Source: Macrostomum lignano
Lineage: Eukaryota
Length of the DNA stretch: 64,000 nt
Reading direction: 5' to 3'
Assembly (NCBI GenBank): GCA_002269645.1
Contig: NIVC01000227.1
Location: forward strand, 62,001-126,000
Positions within the stretch are counted from its first letter, which is position 1. Each line of letters starts with the position of its first letter. This document shows positions 17,776-30,200 of this stretch, piece by piece. The notes beneath the pieces were generated by a model, which had not been told where the DNA came from, did no database searches, and worked only from the letters and a program-made list of their open reading frames with translations. The translations under genes and the position numbers were made by a program.

Positions 17776-19820
17776 AAGAAAGGGACGAATTGACTGTCAC
17801 GGGGAGACAAGCCCGCCAGTTAATTATGGCTTTATGGAAATCAGCAAACTAGAAGGTATGAACACTTTATTTTTAGATGCTTTATAACAGTGAGAAGTTT
17901 TTGAATTTTTTTAGAACCAGGCCTATAAACTAGATATAAACTATAGTTTTAACCGCCTCATCACAGATATGCTCGACCAAGAGCCTCGTCCGATACCCAA
18001 CAGCAAGAAAGGGTACAAGAAAGACAAGAACGGAAAATTTATGTCCAACGGACTGCTGCTAAATAGCAATGGCATCGAGTCAGTGGCGAGCCTGCCAGAA
18101 TTTGTGACTGAACTGTTCGCGTCACCGTCCAACCTGTCCTGGATTGATTTGTCTCACAACTGTCTGACCACAATTCCCGATGTGAGTACACCGGTTCACA
18201 TCTGCTGTAGTGAGACTTAGTGGTACCTGATAGGCATATCTTGTGTATTGGCCTTGTTAGACTGGGTGTTCCTCACCTGTTAGACTGGGTGCTGCTCACC
18301 TGTAAGACTGGGTGTTCCTCACCTGTTAGACTGGGTGTTCCTCACCTGTTAGACTGGGTGTTCCTCACCTGTTAGAATGGGTGTTGCTCACCTGTTAACT
18401 GGGTGTAGCTTAACTGTTAGACTGGGTGTTACTAACCAGTTAGTCTTGGTTTTGCTCACCTGTTAGACTGTGTGTTGCTCACCTGTTAGACTGGGTGTTG
18501 CTCACCTGTTAGACTGGGTGTTGCTCACCTGTTAGACTGGGTGTTGCTCACCTGTTAGACTGGGTGTTCCTCACCTGTTAGACTGGGTGTTACTCACCTG
18601 TTAACTGGGTGTAGCTTAACTGTTAGACTGGGTGTTGCTCACCTGTTAGACTGGGTGTTGCTCACCTGTTAGACTGGGTGTTACTAACCTGTTAGGCTGG
18701 GTGTTACTCACCTGTTAACTGGGTGTTGCTCACCTGTTAGACTTGGTTTTGCTCACCTGTTAGACTGGGTGTTGCTCACCTGTTAGACTGGGTGTTGCTC
18801 ACCTGTTAGACTTTGATGCGGCACATGTCCCATGCTGTTGTGTGTACTGAAGCTGATAAAATTGGCAACTCCATCATATTACGCAACCACCCCACCCCCC
18901 AAACAAACCCGCAGGTTCTGCTGTCCTTTCCCAATCTGCAAATTCTCAATCTGCACTCAAACAGAATCGAAGACTTGCAGCAAGTTGAGAAATTGGGGCA
19001 GCTGCGACAGCTCAAGAAGCTCAGCTTGCACGCCAATCCCATTGAGAAACAGAAGGTTGGAGAATATTAATCCTGTATTGTTGCGAAATCTACCATTCAG
19101 CATAAAGGTTGCTTTTTCCGGTGTTAATTGCCAGGACAGAAAGTTCTCTACGTTAAAGACAATGACCACTGTAGTATAACAGGACGCACTTGTAAAACTC
19201 AGAGATCGTGTAATTTTTGGAGGCAAATTTCCTGGAAAAAGTAGACAAAATAACAAAACAACAAAAACAACACAATCCTCAACAAAAAAAGATTCTTTCC
19301 CATCTCTTCTGTGTATTTTTCCAGGAAATTGGCCTCCAAAATTTTACACGATCTTCGAGTTTTTCGTCCTGTTATACTTACAGTGGTCCTTGATTCAAGA
19401 AAGAAAAGGGGCCATCTCCATTTGTGATGAAAATTCATGTGTGATTTTAGAATCCATCAAATCAACATTGTACTACTTCAAGTAGACAGTGACCCTGGCT
19501 TGACAACACTCGTGGCCATATTTATTCTGGGCTTGAGCACAAAAATTGCAGACTTTTCTGCTTGTGTACTTCATGCTCATGAGGGCCCGCCCCCAACGGA
19601 CCACCCCACATGCTCGTATCTAACTAAGTACATTTACCTTGGAAGTATAACCTAATTTTATCCTCAGGGCTATTTCTACTTCGTCTTGGGCCTCGTGCCG
19701 ACCCTCAACACGCTGGACTTCAGCGGCATCACCAAGGGCGAGCGGAAATCGGCCGAAACCTGGAAGAAGATGGTCTTCGGCACCAAGAAGAAGCGACGAA
19801 GTGATGATGACGATTACTAG
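17776..19820 (+). CDS. LRRC51: Leucine-rich repeat protein LRRC51-like (first coding exon not identified)
   Basis: Exons 17776-17855, 17967-18181, 18915-19055 and 19668-19820 are phase-compatible. They translate PPVNYGF..EDMLDQEPR..LLLNSNGI..NLSWIDLSHNCLT..NLQILNLHSNRI..LKKLSLHANPIE..KGY..LDFSGITKGERKSAETWK, collinear with LRRC51 as I recall it. Confidence 0.85.
18255..18812. repeat. 23-bp minisatellite (ctcacctgttagactgggtgttg)
   Basis: Tandem units in LRRC51 intron 18182-18914. Confidence 0.9.
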
Positions 19821-20074
19821 ACCCGAATAGCTCTTTCTCGATGCTCCAGAATTTTATACTATGGATTCAAGATGAATAATTTAGTGTAGATAAATAAAAA
19901 AAGCTTTATATTTTGTTCAAAAAAAACATGCAACATGCTCGTGAAACTTTACTGCCTATAAATTAAATAAAACTGAAAATTAAGAAAACACCTCACCTAA
20001 AAAAATTAATAAGACAAGCTTATTGATTGTTCTCATTGCTCATCGCTTTCGAGTTTGCGAGATTTGGAATCTTC

Positions 20075-22610
20075 TGGCAGCCCTGGCGCTGGCGCCCTTG
20101 GTGCTGGCGCCCTTGGTGCTGGCGCCCTTGGTGCTGGCGCCCTTGGTGCTGGCGCCCTTGGTGCTGGCGCCCTTGGTGCTGGCGCCCTTGGTGCTGGCGC
20201 CCTTGGTGCCAAAGCCCCTGGTGCTAAAGCCCTTGGTGCTGGCGCCCTTGGTGCTGGCGCCCTTGGTGCCAAAGCCCCTGGTGCTAAAGCCCTTGGAGCT
20301 GGCGCCATTGGTGCTGGCGCCATTGGTGCTGGCGCCCTTGGTGCTGGCGCCCTTGGTGCCAAAGCCCCTGGTGCTAAAGCCCTTGGAGCTGGCGCCATTG
20401 GTGCTGGCGCCATTGGTGCTGGCGCCATTGGTGCTGGCGCCATTGGTGCTGGCGCCATTGGTGCTGGCGCCCTTGGTGCTGGCGCCCTTGGGGTACTAGC
20501 GCCATTGGTGCTGGCGCCATTGGTGCTTGCGCCATTGGTGCTAAAGCCCTTGGTGCTAAAGCCCTTGGTGCCAAAGCCCCTGGTGCTAAAGCCCTTGGAG
20601 CTGGCGCCATTGGTGCTGGCGCCCTTGGTGCTAGCGCCCTTGGTGCTGGCGCCCTTGGTGCTGGCGCCCTTGGTGCTGGCGCCCTTGGTGCTGGCGCCCT
20701 TGGGGTGCTAGCGCCATTGGTGCTGGCGCCCTTGGTGCTGGCGCCCTTGGTGCTGGCGCCCTTGGTGCTGGCGCCCTTGGTGCTGGCGCCCTTGGTGCTG
20801 GCGCCCTTGGTGCTGGCGCCCTTGGTGCTGGCGCCCTTGGTGCTGGCGCCCTTGGTGCTGGCGCCCTTGGTGCTGGCGCCCTTGGTGCTGGCGCCCTTGG
20901 TGCTGGCGCCCTTGGTGCTGGCGCCCTTGGTGCTGGCGCCCTTGGTGCTGGCGCCCTTGGTGCTGGCGCCCTTGGTGCCAAAGCCCCTGGTGCTAAAGCC
21001 CTTGGTGCTGGCGCCCTTGGTGCTGGCGCCCTTGGTGCCAAAGCCCCTGGTGCTAAAGCCCTTGGAGCTGGCGCCATTGGTGCTGGCGCCATTGGTGCTG
21101 GCGCCCTTGGTGCTGGCGCCCTTGGTGCTGGCGCCCTTGGTGCCAAAGCCCCTGGTGCTAAAGCCCTTGGAGCTGGCGCCATTGGTGCTGGCGCCATTGG
21201 TGCTGGCGCCATTGGTGCTGGCGCCATTGGTGCTGGCGCCCTTGGTGCTGGCGCCCTTGGGGTACTAGCGCCATTGGTGCTGGCGCCATTGGTGCTTGCG
21301 CCATTGGTGCTAAAGCCCTTGGTGCTAAAGCCCTTGGTGCCAAAGCCCCTGGTGCTAAAGCCCTTGGAGCTGGCGCCATTGGTGCTGGCGCCCTTGGTGC
21401 TAGCGCCCTTGGTGCTGGCGCCCTTGGTGCTGGCGCCCTTGGTGCTGGCGCCCTTGGGGTGCTAGCGCCATTGGTGCTGGCGCCCTTGGTGCTGGCGCCC
21501 TTGGTGCTGGCGCCCTTGGTGCTGGCGCCCTTGGTGCTGGCGCCCTTGGTGCTGGCGCCCTTGGTGCTGGCGCCCTTGGTGCTGGCGCCCTTGGTGCTGG
21601 CGCCCTTGGTGCTGGCGCCCTTGGTGCTGGCGCCCTTGGTGCTGGCGCCCTTGGTGCTGGCGCCCTTGGTGCTGGCGCCCTTGGTGCTGGCGCCATTGGT
21701 GCTGGCGCCATAGGTGTTGGCGCCCTTGGTGCTAAAGCCCTTGGTGCCAAAGCCCCTGGTGCTAAAGCCCTTGGTGCTAAAGCCCTTGGTGCTGGCGCCC
21801 TTGGTGCTGGCGCCCTTGGTGCTGGCGCCCTTGGTGCTGGCGCCCTTGTTGCTGGCGCCCTTGGTGCTGGCGCCCTTGGTGCTGGCGCCGTTGGGGTGCT
21901 AGCGCCATTGGTGCTGGCGCCATTTGTGCTGGCGCCCTTGGTGCTGGCGCCCTTGGTGCCAAAGCCCCTGGTGCTAAAGCCCTTGGAGCTGGCGCCATTG
22001 GTGCTGGCGCCATTGGTGCTGGCGCCATTGGTGCTGGCGTCATTGGTGCTGGCGCCATTGGTGCTGGCGCCCTTGGGGTGCTAGCGCCATTGGTGCTGGC
22101 GCCATTGGTGCTTGCGCCATTGGTGCTAAAGCCCCTGGTGCCAAAGCCCCTGGTGCTAAAGCCCTTGGTGCTGGCGCTATTGGTGCTGGCGCCATTGGTG
22201 CTGGCGCCATTGGTGCTGGCGCCATTGGTGCTGGCGCCATTGGTGCTGGCGCCATTGGTGCTGGCGCCATTGGTGCTGGCGCCATTGGTGCTGGCGCCAT
22301 TGGTGCTGGCGCCATTGGTGCTGGCGCCATTGGTGCTGGCGCCATTGGTGCTGGCGCCATTGGTGCTGGCGCCATTGGTGCTGGCGCCATTGGTGCTGGC
22401 GCCCTTGGTGCTGGCGCCCTTGGTGGTAAAGCCCTTGGTGCTAAAGCCCTTGGTGCTAAAGCCCTTGGTGCTAAAGCCCTTGGTGCTAAAGCCCTTGGTG
22501 CTAAAGCCCTTGGTGCTAAAGCCCTTGGTGCTAAAGCCCTTGGTGCTAAAGCCCTTGGTGCTAAAGCCCTTGGTGCTAAAGCCCTTGGTGCTAAAGCCCC
22601 TGGCGCCACA
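20075..22610. repeat. 2.5-kb GC-rich 15-bp satellite (ggtgctggcgccctt / ggtgctaaagccctt variants) with higher-order duplication
   Basis: Direct tandem structure. Occasional 17-bp units shift the reading frame. Blocks recur at ~770-bp spacing (ggggtactagcg at ~20490 and ~21259). Confidence 0.95.
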
Positions 22611-24491
22611 GGCTGGCTTAGCATTATTGCAACTTCACATTCATCAAGCAGAAATTCATTGCTTCATTAACTTAGTCAAAAAAATGTGTAATACTTGAAA
22701 AATTCGATAGTTGCTGTTTGAGGCCAGTCATGCCGAAAGTTCTATGCTGTTTATTATGATTAAAATTATTAATCCATGCCAGCGGCATTAGTTTTACTGC
22801 TTGTCTATCCACATGGGGTTGGTAAACTGATGACTTGTCCCAACCAAAAGCAGCTAAATTGCATGGAGCCTGGAGCATGCAGAGTTTGAGAAATCATGCA
22901 GAGCTCAACAATTCAACAGCAAACGGTTGAGTTGCTGTTGCAGGTGAACTCGAAGCACCAGTTGGTTCATCTGTCACCCTCGGCGTACTGCTGCCACTGA
23001 TTGGTTCTGTGCAGGTTTTGGGGCAAAAAACATAGCATAATAAATTTCTTCACATATATACAGTGTAAACATTTGTAGAAAGGTTTTGAGCACCAAAAAG
23101 ATAGCGGCTCTACCCTTCTGTCAGGCATGTTCACTCTCTCTGTGCCTTGGGGGTTAAGACTTATGGTTGGTTATGGTTGCGCGACGACTCCCTTGGCCAA
23201 TTTTCGAACACAAGTCCCAAATGAACGTGAGAGTCAGACGCGTTTACTGCGAAGGCTGCTCTGCTTCTGAGGTGACCTTGAATTGACTTGATACAACGCT
23301 TCCATTTCGGGACTATAAGTTGACATCCCCTTTGTTACGACCTGCACACTATGCAAGAAGCTCAGAAGGGCCAAACAAGTTTTCCTCTGGCCGATGACAA
23401 ACTTTGAGGCGATGTCTTTCACCATCGATGTAACTTTAGCGGCGGTAGATCTTATTAACCAATGCTTCAACGATGTCTACTACATAATTGATGATACGTT
23501 AGTTTAAAATTGCCATCGTAAGCAAAGCCGCACAGTACAGTGACTACTGCAAATTTTTCAGTCGTCTCAGCTTTATAAGACAAAACGGATTTTAAATAAA
23601 TTTTGTAGTTTAGAGGACAAACTAAAAAACAACAGCAAAATCCTACGCTGTCGGTAAAGGTTGTAAAATATTGTGTTAGTGCTACTCCACCGGCCAATTT
23701 CAAAGTACGAACTTCAAAACAATGTGGTGCATGATCAAAACAACAGAACAGACCTTGGCGGAAGAGTTCAATTTCTCAGAGCACTTGCTAATACTCGTAA
23801 GGACCAATCGAAGCAGATATTCTATCCTAAGAGTTGAAGCACAGACAGGTCAAGTGTACTACTTCTATTAGTAATGGGCTTACTAAACTGATTTCAAGTC
23901 ATCATCACATTTCTGGAATAGAAATAGCTCTGTCCGTTTCTGTCAAAGTCCACGTAGTCCTGAAAATCCTCACTACTATTACAGTTAAAACATTCATGAG
24001 ACACGAAACTGTGACTTTGCATTGTTCAGGGCTGCAAGTAGCGGCCTTTAACTGCAATTACCGTACAAAAAATGAAACTCTGAAACACGGGTTTTCCTTT
24101 AAAAAAATTCACAGCGGTTAATTATTCAATAAGCAGTCAAATTGCCTTACATTGTATTTTCTATGGAAAAAATCCTCAAAAGTAAATTAGAAAATAAAAA
24201 AAACAATGGAATCGAGTTGACACACTGAAGGCCTTAGATGCGTTTTTTTTGGGTAAGATTTGCGAAATCCGCAGGCAAAAAAGCTTAGCCAGTTACTGTG
24301 TTAGTAGGGTATTGCGTCTTTTGCGTGTATTGCGTCCTTATGCAAATTGCTCCAGTTAGTTTGTTGTTTGCTCAAGTTTTTCATTGTCCCTTAATAAATC
24401 CTAAAAGAGCCTCTGTACAAGAACCGTCAAGAAATGATTTAATTCAGGCTTGAAAATTATTTGACAAACAAAACGTGTGTTTCAAAGCATT

Positions 24492-26994
24492 TCAAAGCTT
24501 CCCGTATCTGCTGCTGTACCTGGCGCCGGCTCCGAACTCGCGCGCTGCTGGCTGCTCGCGGCGCGGCTTTGGGGATGCGCCGAACGGCGACAGAGGCGGC
24601 GGCGGCGGCGCTGGTGGCAGCAGGATGGCACGCTGCCGTCCGCAGACGGCATCGCTGCACGGCGGGCCCAGCCGGTGCAGCAGGCGGTTAGGGCTCATCA
24701 GGGGGTTCGCCCGACGCTGCTGTTGCTGTTGCTGCAGCAGCTGCTGATGCTGTTGACGGCTGAAACCGAACTGCCGAACGCTGGTGTCCTGCAACGAATG
24801 AATCAATGAAGGGGGTTGCATCGAACCGACGTCAACTACCGACGGTCCTAATGACCATTTAGCATAGAATATCATTATCATGCCGTGCGCACTTATAACT
24901 TTACCTGACTAGTTTACATGTAGCTGTAAGTCTAAATCGAGGACTCCAACATCTTATACACAGTAGTTACTTGATTATTACTATTAAAAACTGCCTTATT
25001 TGTTTTCATTGCGCCAAAGTCAACCTGGGTGCATCAGATGAAAGTTGTTAAAATGTTTAGAATGCATTCAATTTTTTGGCGTAGACCCGTTGCGGTCGAA
25101 GGAAAAATCGGAATTATATACTGTCTGTCAAAGAAAATAATTCAAGATACCTGAGAAATTTTCTGTGCTCGACTTGCGCCTCCTTGACCAGCAAACTTGT
25201 CGTAATTGGCCTTTGTTGGCGACTGCAGTTGGTTGCACTGATTGATCTGCTGCTGCTGCTGCTGCTGTCTTTGCTGTTGCATCGGTTTCAAAGATTGCTG
25301 CTTTTGTATTGCTTGAGGCAGCTGCTCCATATCGCCAGCAGCCGATGGCTGACCGCCTCCGCCGCCTCCTCCTCCGCCTCCTTCGACTGCGTGACTCGGC
25401 TGCAATGGACGGGGAATCAGCGAAGCAACCTGACGGCTTTTGACGGCATCTGGTTGGTTCCTGTTGTCCGGCTTTGCTGAGTCCGCAGTCTGTTGGGTAG
25501 AGAGCAGTTTGAGTAGTTTTTTTCAGTGATGACGAAGCGCTTATACGTTGGTCAATTAGGTGCTTACAGTTTTCATGGCAACGAGCTTAAGACCCGAACT
25601 AACCTTTGGTGCAATTGCTTTAACGCCATTATGCCCGGTAACTAAAATCTCCAGGTCCTCCCACTGGTCCTCATCGCTGGTCAGTTTGATTGTCTCCATC
25701 GGCGGGAACGGGGCGGCGTAGTAGTTGTCAGAAGCCGAGAAGACCCGACGGAACAGGCGGTAGCCGCGTCGACCGCTGCCGCGGATGGCTGCATTTATGA
25801 GTATGATAAAAATTTGTATATCTAGTAAAAATTACGCTCATTGGCACTCTTTGATTACTATTAAATACCTGTCTTTTTATCCTCCTGACTTTGCTGTGAT
25901 TTATTGGCTAATCCGATTGGCTGAGGCGTTGGGCTCTGCTGCTGCGATTTCTGCTCGGAATCCGATTGCTGCTGCTGCTTTTGTTGCAGATGCTGCTCCT
26001 GCTGTTGCACAGTGCTGGATTGTACAGACACTCGAACCCATTCAGATGGCTGCGGAGCCTGTGGCCGAGGTTCCACTGCCGGCAGCACAGGCGTGCGCGG
26101 CGGGGGCATCGGCGGTTCAGACGCAGGCGGTGTCACTGCCTGCGGCTCCTGCGAAGGTCGAGGCGGCGGCTCTGGAGGCGATGCGGGCAGTTGTCGAGTC
26201 CTCGCTAACGGCTGCTGCTGCGGCGAAGCTGGCAGCGTCATGGTGCGTGAAGTTCGCGGACTCGCCAAGTTGCCTGCCTGGCCTCGATGCGCGGTTCGCA
26301 GCGCGCTTGAACGGGGAATTTCTAGCGGAGATTCGCTCGGGTAATTGGCGTCCATGGTGGCGCTCAGTTGGTGAAATATTCGCCTAATGCTGACTTCATC
26401 CCGGGTAGTGCGAACTCGCATTTTGCCCCGGTGGCACGCGCCACAGCCGCTGAGCTGACCGGTGGCTCCGTCCTCCAGCATGGCCACCATGAGACGCTTG
26501 GAGACCCGGCTGCGGCAAGCGCCAGATGTGCAAGCGGCTTGCGAGGCGGCGTCACCACCGCTTGGACAGCGGCAAGTCCTGTGCCCTCGGTGGTGATGGT
26601 GGTGGTGATGATGTGGCCGACGGCGCAGGCTTTGGCGGCGCGCTTTGTTTCTGTCCGCATCGTCCTCGTCGCAGGTGGCATAGTCGCTTTCAAAACTGTC
26701 GTCCTCCTTCGTTTTCGACGACCTGCGCTTCAGATGCGACGAGTGAGTCGTTCTGCTGTCAAGCCTTCCGTGGTGACGATGAGACACAGTTTTGCCGCGC
26801 TGCTGTTTGCGTCTGCGCCCGGTGTTGGTATCAGAAAATTCCGTTGACACGGCAAGACCATCTTCATCGTCACTGAACTCTTTGGCTGCTTCGGTGCACG
26901 CGAACAGACGCCAGAGTCCGCGTTTGCGCCTTAGATACGGCATTTGTCTTCGTAGCCTTTTGGCTTGAAGAATAAAGCGTACGAACGCAGACAT
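24492..26994 (-). CDS. Uncharacterised low-complexity Q/P/R-rich protein, 4 exons (~650 aa; 5' end uncertain)
   Basis: Exons ~26994-25869, 25788-25604, 25489-25151 and 24788-24492 are joined by GT-AG introns, all phase-compatible and stop-free. No domain recognised. Confidence 0.7.
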
Positions 26995-27334
26995 CACCAG
27001 TTAAAAGCACGCATTCCCGCTTGATGTCTATGGTGGTTACATAATGAGATCTAAATTAGACTCCATTACACTTTTATTTCAGAGATGCCACAGTATAGTC
27101 CACAAATCACCACTCGTACACATACATTTTAGAGAGTCAGCATATTGCTAAGGTAAATATATTGCAAATACGTGTACATCGCAAAATTAAATTATGTACG
27201 CTCGTAGAGAATTGTACGAGTATTCATGGCAGGTTAGAATGTATGCGTAGCTTATTCAAATAAAAATCTTATTGGTCTTAATCGTTTCTAAACCTCACAG
27301 GTGTTTTGCATTAAAACACGTGATAATGATAAAT

Positions 27335-27850
27335 TAACAACAATAACAACAAAATACGAAGCCCTGCATTGAAGGGCCACCAGTTAGAGCGGAGCGCGTA
27401 AGATGGCGCGCCACAGAGCCTGGGAGCGGACTAAGTCCGCCTCGTTAGCAGTGTCGAGCGCCCCAACGTCGCATAGCAGGCAGTGCATGTATCGACGCGT
27501 TCGGGCCTGACCCCGCCTGAAAGAACCCTGCTATAGGTGAGTAGCAGGACGACCTGAACAGGTTGGTGGTAAGTAGCTCTTGGCCCGGATCAAGAGGTCA
27601 TCGGCGTAGCCAAGCACGCTCAGGCGCTTTTCGCTGTGGCGGCGAAAGTTGCGTCTGCGCAGCAGGAAGCCGTCGTCAGCCAAGCTAGTAGGGGAGTGCG
27701 GTCCAAAGCACCCAGTCCAGCCCAAGCGTTACGCTAGCGCGTCGCCCTGCAGAACTCGTGATGAAGTGTCGAACAGGTCAGACAGGCTGTCCACCGTCGC
27801 CACAGCTGCAGCTCGAGTGTCGCAATACAGCGACATGACAATTACATGTA
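27335..27850 (-). mobile_element. Degenerate non-LTR retrotransposon (LINE) RT and 3' end remnant
   Basis: Translates SLYCDTRAA..DSLSDLFDTSSRVLQGDALA* then LSVLGYADDL, with stops and frameshifts. Ends ..QALWRAILRAPL* followed by a (TTG/TTA)n tail. Confidence 0.75.
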
Positions 27851-27895
27851 CGTCGGTTAGCTGCTTGGGGACACGGTAGGCTCGAAAGGACGGTA

Positions 27896-28260
27896 TTTTT
27901 TTTTATTAGAGGCAGGGGGGTTGTGTGCACCCTGGCGCAATTTAAGCGTCATTTGCACACAACCGGCGAGAGGCATTACTGCCCATTCCGCCGACTCCCC
28001 TGAGCAGGCATACAAGCGCGCGGATACGTTACGCAGGCACACACTCACACAGGAGTGTACAGCGGCCCTAACTTTATCAATTGTTAGGCATGTACACAAT
28101 TCACTGCGCCTTGGGGGGTGCTGGCTCTCAAGGCCGTTAATTGCACAAGCGAGCCAAGCCAAGATTCCAATCCAGCCCCAAATTAATGTGACTGCACTTG
28201 GAATCGAGCCTGGGTCGCCGCACACCAGAGCAGCTGCGCTACCGCTGGGCTACGGCCCCC
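27896..28260 (-). mobile_element. Full-length tRNA-derived SINE (365 bp) with poly(A) tail and 14-15 bp TSD
   Basis: Head GGGGGCCGTAGCCCAGCGG (A box) ..GGCTCGATTCC (B-box-like). Tail AATAAAAAAAAA. tcgaaaggacggta occurs at 27882-27895 and 28261-28274. Confidence 0.85.
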
Positions 28261-28301
28261 TCGAAAGGACGGTAAATGAAGTACATGTAAAGTACAACCC
28301 T

Positions 28302-28420
28302 TGAAGTGACACATTCTGGCCCTAAAATTTCCCATCCAGATTGAATGTATTTTAAACAATAAATGCGCTCCAACTAGCAAAAGCTGAGGACACGACCCCA
28401 ACCAATTAAAAGTAGCTACA
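28302..28420 (+). repeat. Interspersed repeat, also at 63876-64000
   Basis: Shared sequence tgaagtga.acatt.tggc.cta..a..tcccatccagattgaatgtatttta..caat.aatgcgctccaa.tagcaaaagctgaggacacgacccca. Confidence 0.8.
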
Positions 28421-28862
28421 CATTGATATTTTAAGTAGACATAGAGCCATAGAAGTGAGAGACCAGAAGAACGAGATGGCAACATTTATTTAAAATATCC
28501 CCCCTTACTTACAGGTGTGCCCTATAATGCTGATGTATTTTAAAACTAACACGCAAGTAGATTTTTTGTTGCTTTTGATGTATTGATCATGCACAGTAAA
28601 AAGGTAATGCATGCATCAGGTGGCATAATTTAAGTTTCATCGTGAGCAGGTTTAGAGAACAGTTGTATTAGTGCAGTTTGAATTCGTATTAAAACAACGG
28701 CTACCTAGCTCTATATCATGATTTGCAATGGGAACTTCGATTCGTTCGATCGGAGTGCATATATTTGATTAACACAACGATTTTTCTTTATTTTTTAAAA
28801 ACTATTTTAAATTACTACTGTAGAAAAAAGATAAACAATGACTGTGGCTCGCGACCATAGAT

Positions 28863-30200
28863 TTGTACGAATTCAAGATCGAACAGTCAGCTCTTGAAAG
28901 AGTCGGAGAATACGACTTTGAGGTCCAGTACCGGCCAGGGAAAGACCATGTGGCGGCAGATATGCTGAGCCGAAATCCTCGCTTTCGTGCCGATCACTTC
29001 GACTGCCCGTCATGCAGCATGGTACCTGAATTTCAAGAGAAATTTAAAAGCGAGAAAGCTAAAAAGTCAGCATCAGTTAACATCAGAAGGCAACAAGTTG
29101 ACGCCGCAGTGCAATGCTCTGTAGCGGACGTATGTTGCCAGACAGACTCGCCTGTCACGAGCTGTCACAATATTGAAACAGTAGTAACATCAGCCTGTCA
29201 AACCGAGAAATTCACAAGCAACACATCAACACAGTGCACATTTTTCACTACAGTTCCAGTCACAGAGGCCGCTTTCGAAGCGACAATGCCAATCGAAACG
29301 TCTCGACTGGCAGTCAGGGTAGCTGAAGTCGAACAATCGGCATCCAGCGAATCCTCAGTCGAGTCAGTTGACCCGGAACTAGAATGGGCACATGAATCAC
29401 AAGAGACTTGCGTTGACATCGCTCAGCTGATCGATTGCGTGCAGGGCCGTACAGAAAAGCCTCCTAAGGCTAGCCTGCAGAGTTGCAGTCGTGAAGTTAG
29501 AATCTTGTGGTCGCTGTTCGATGAACTGAAAGTCGAAAATGGGCTCTTATTTCACTTTAAGCCGAAAAAGAACACAAAATCAGTCAATAAGCTGTTAGTG
29601 ATTCCAGAGACCGCAGATGTTGTCGAGTTGGTGTCAAGATACCACCGACAGCTCAATCACTGTGGCATAACAAAAACTCTAACAGCTATTCGATTTCGTT
29701 TCGCCATCGCTGACCTAGAAACCTATGTCAAGGGAATCATAGCTGAGTGTGATGTCTGCGCCAGAACAAAAAAGTCAAAACTAAAGCATAAAGCCCCGCT
29801 GCAGCCCGAACTTTCGGGCTACCCAAACCAGGTAATCCACGTTGATCACGCAGGTCCGTTTCCCGAGCAAGCAGGATATAAGTACTTGCTCGTGATGGTT
29901 GACCGATTTTCGGGTTTTGTAGAGGTCATTCCCGTAGCCGATGTTTCAGCGGAAACGACCGCAGTCAATATCCTGACCGAATGGATCGCGAGGTACGGGT
30001 GCATGGAACAGGTAGTCTCGGACAACGGTACAGCCTTTGTCAACAACACCGTATCTGAGCTCACTCGACTTCTCGAGGTGGACATGGCGCGTGTCAAAGC
30101 ACGACGTCCACAAGCGAACGGAAAGGTTGAGCGAATGATACAGACAGTAAAAGGTCAGATTCGTGCTATTTGCTTGGATCGGCAGTTCGATTGGCCTCTT
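28863..30200 (+). mobile_element. Gypsy/Ty3 LTR-retrotransposon pol fragment (RNase H end plus integrase), truncated at both ends
   Basis: EYDFEVQYRPGKDHVAADMLSR (RNase H end), H-x4-H..CDVC zinc finger, and the DDE core IHVDHAGP..VSDNGTAF..QANGKVERM. The ORF runs into unrelated AT-rich sequence after ~30200. Confidence 0.9.

Noticed and set aside
20023-22698. Elastin/silk-like or Pro-rich proteins (GAGAL, APRAP, LAPLV ORFs)
   Set aside because: The frames are broken repeatedly by 17-bp units, and there is no signal peptide or convincing gene structure. Kept only as a low-interest finding.
23170-23700. Short ORFs in moderately GC-rich unique DNA
   Set aside because: No recognisable motifs and no consistent splice model.
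28190-28260. Candidate tRNA gene
   Set aside because: The acceptor stem does not pair, and the sequence continues into a SINE body with poly(A) and a TSD.
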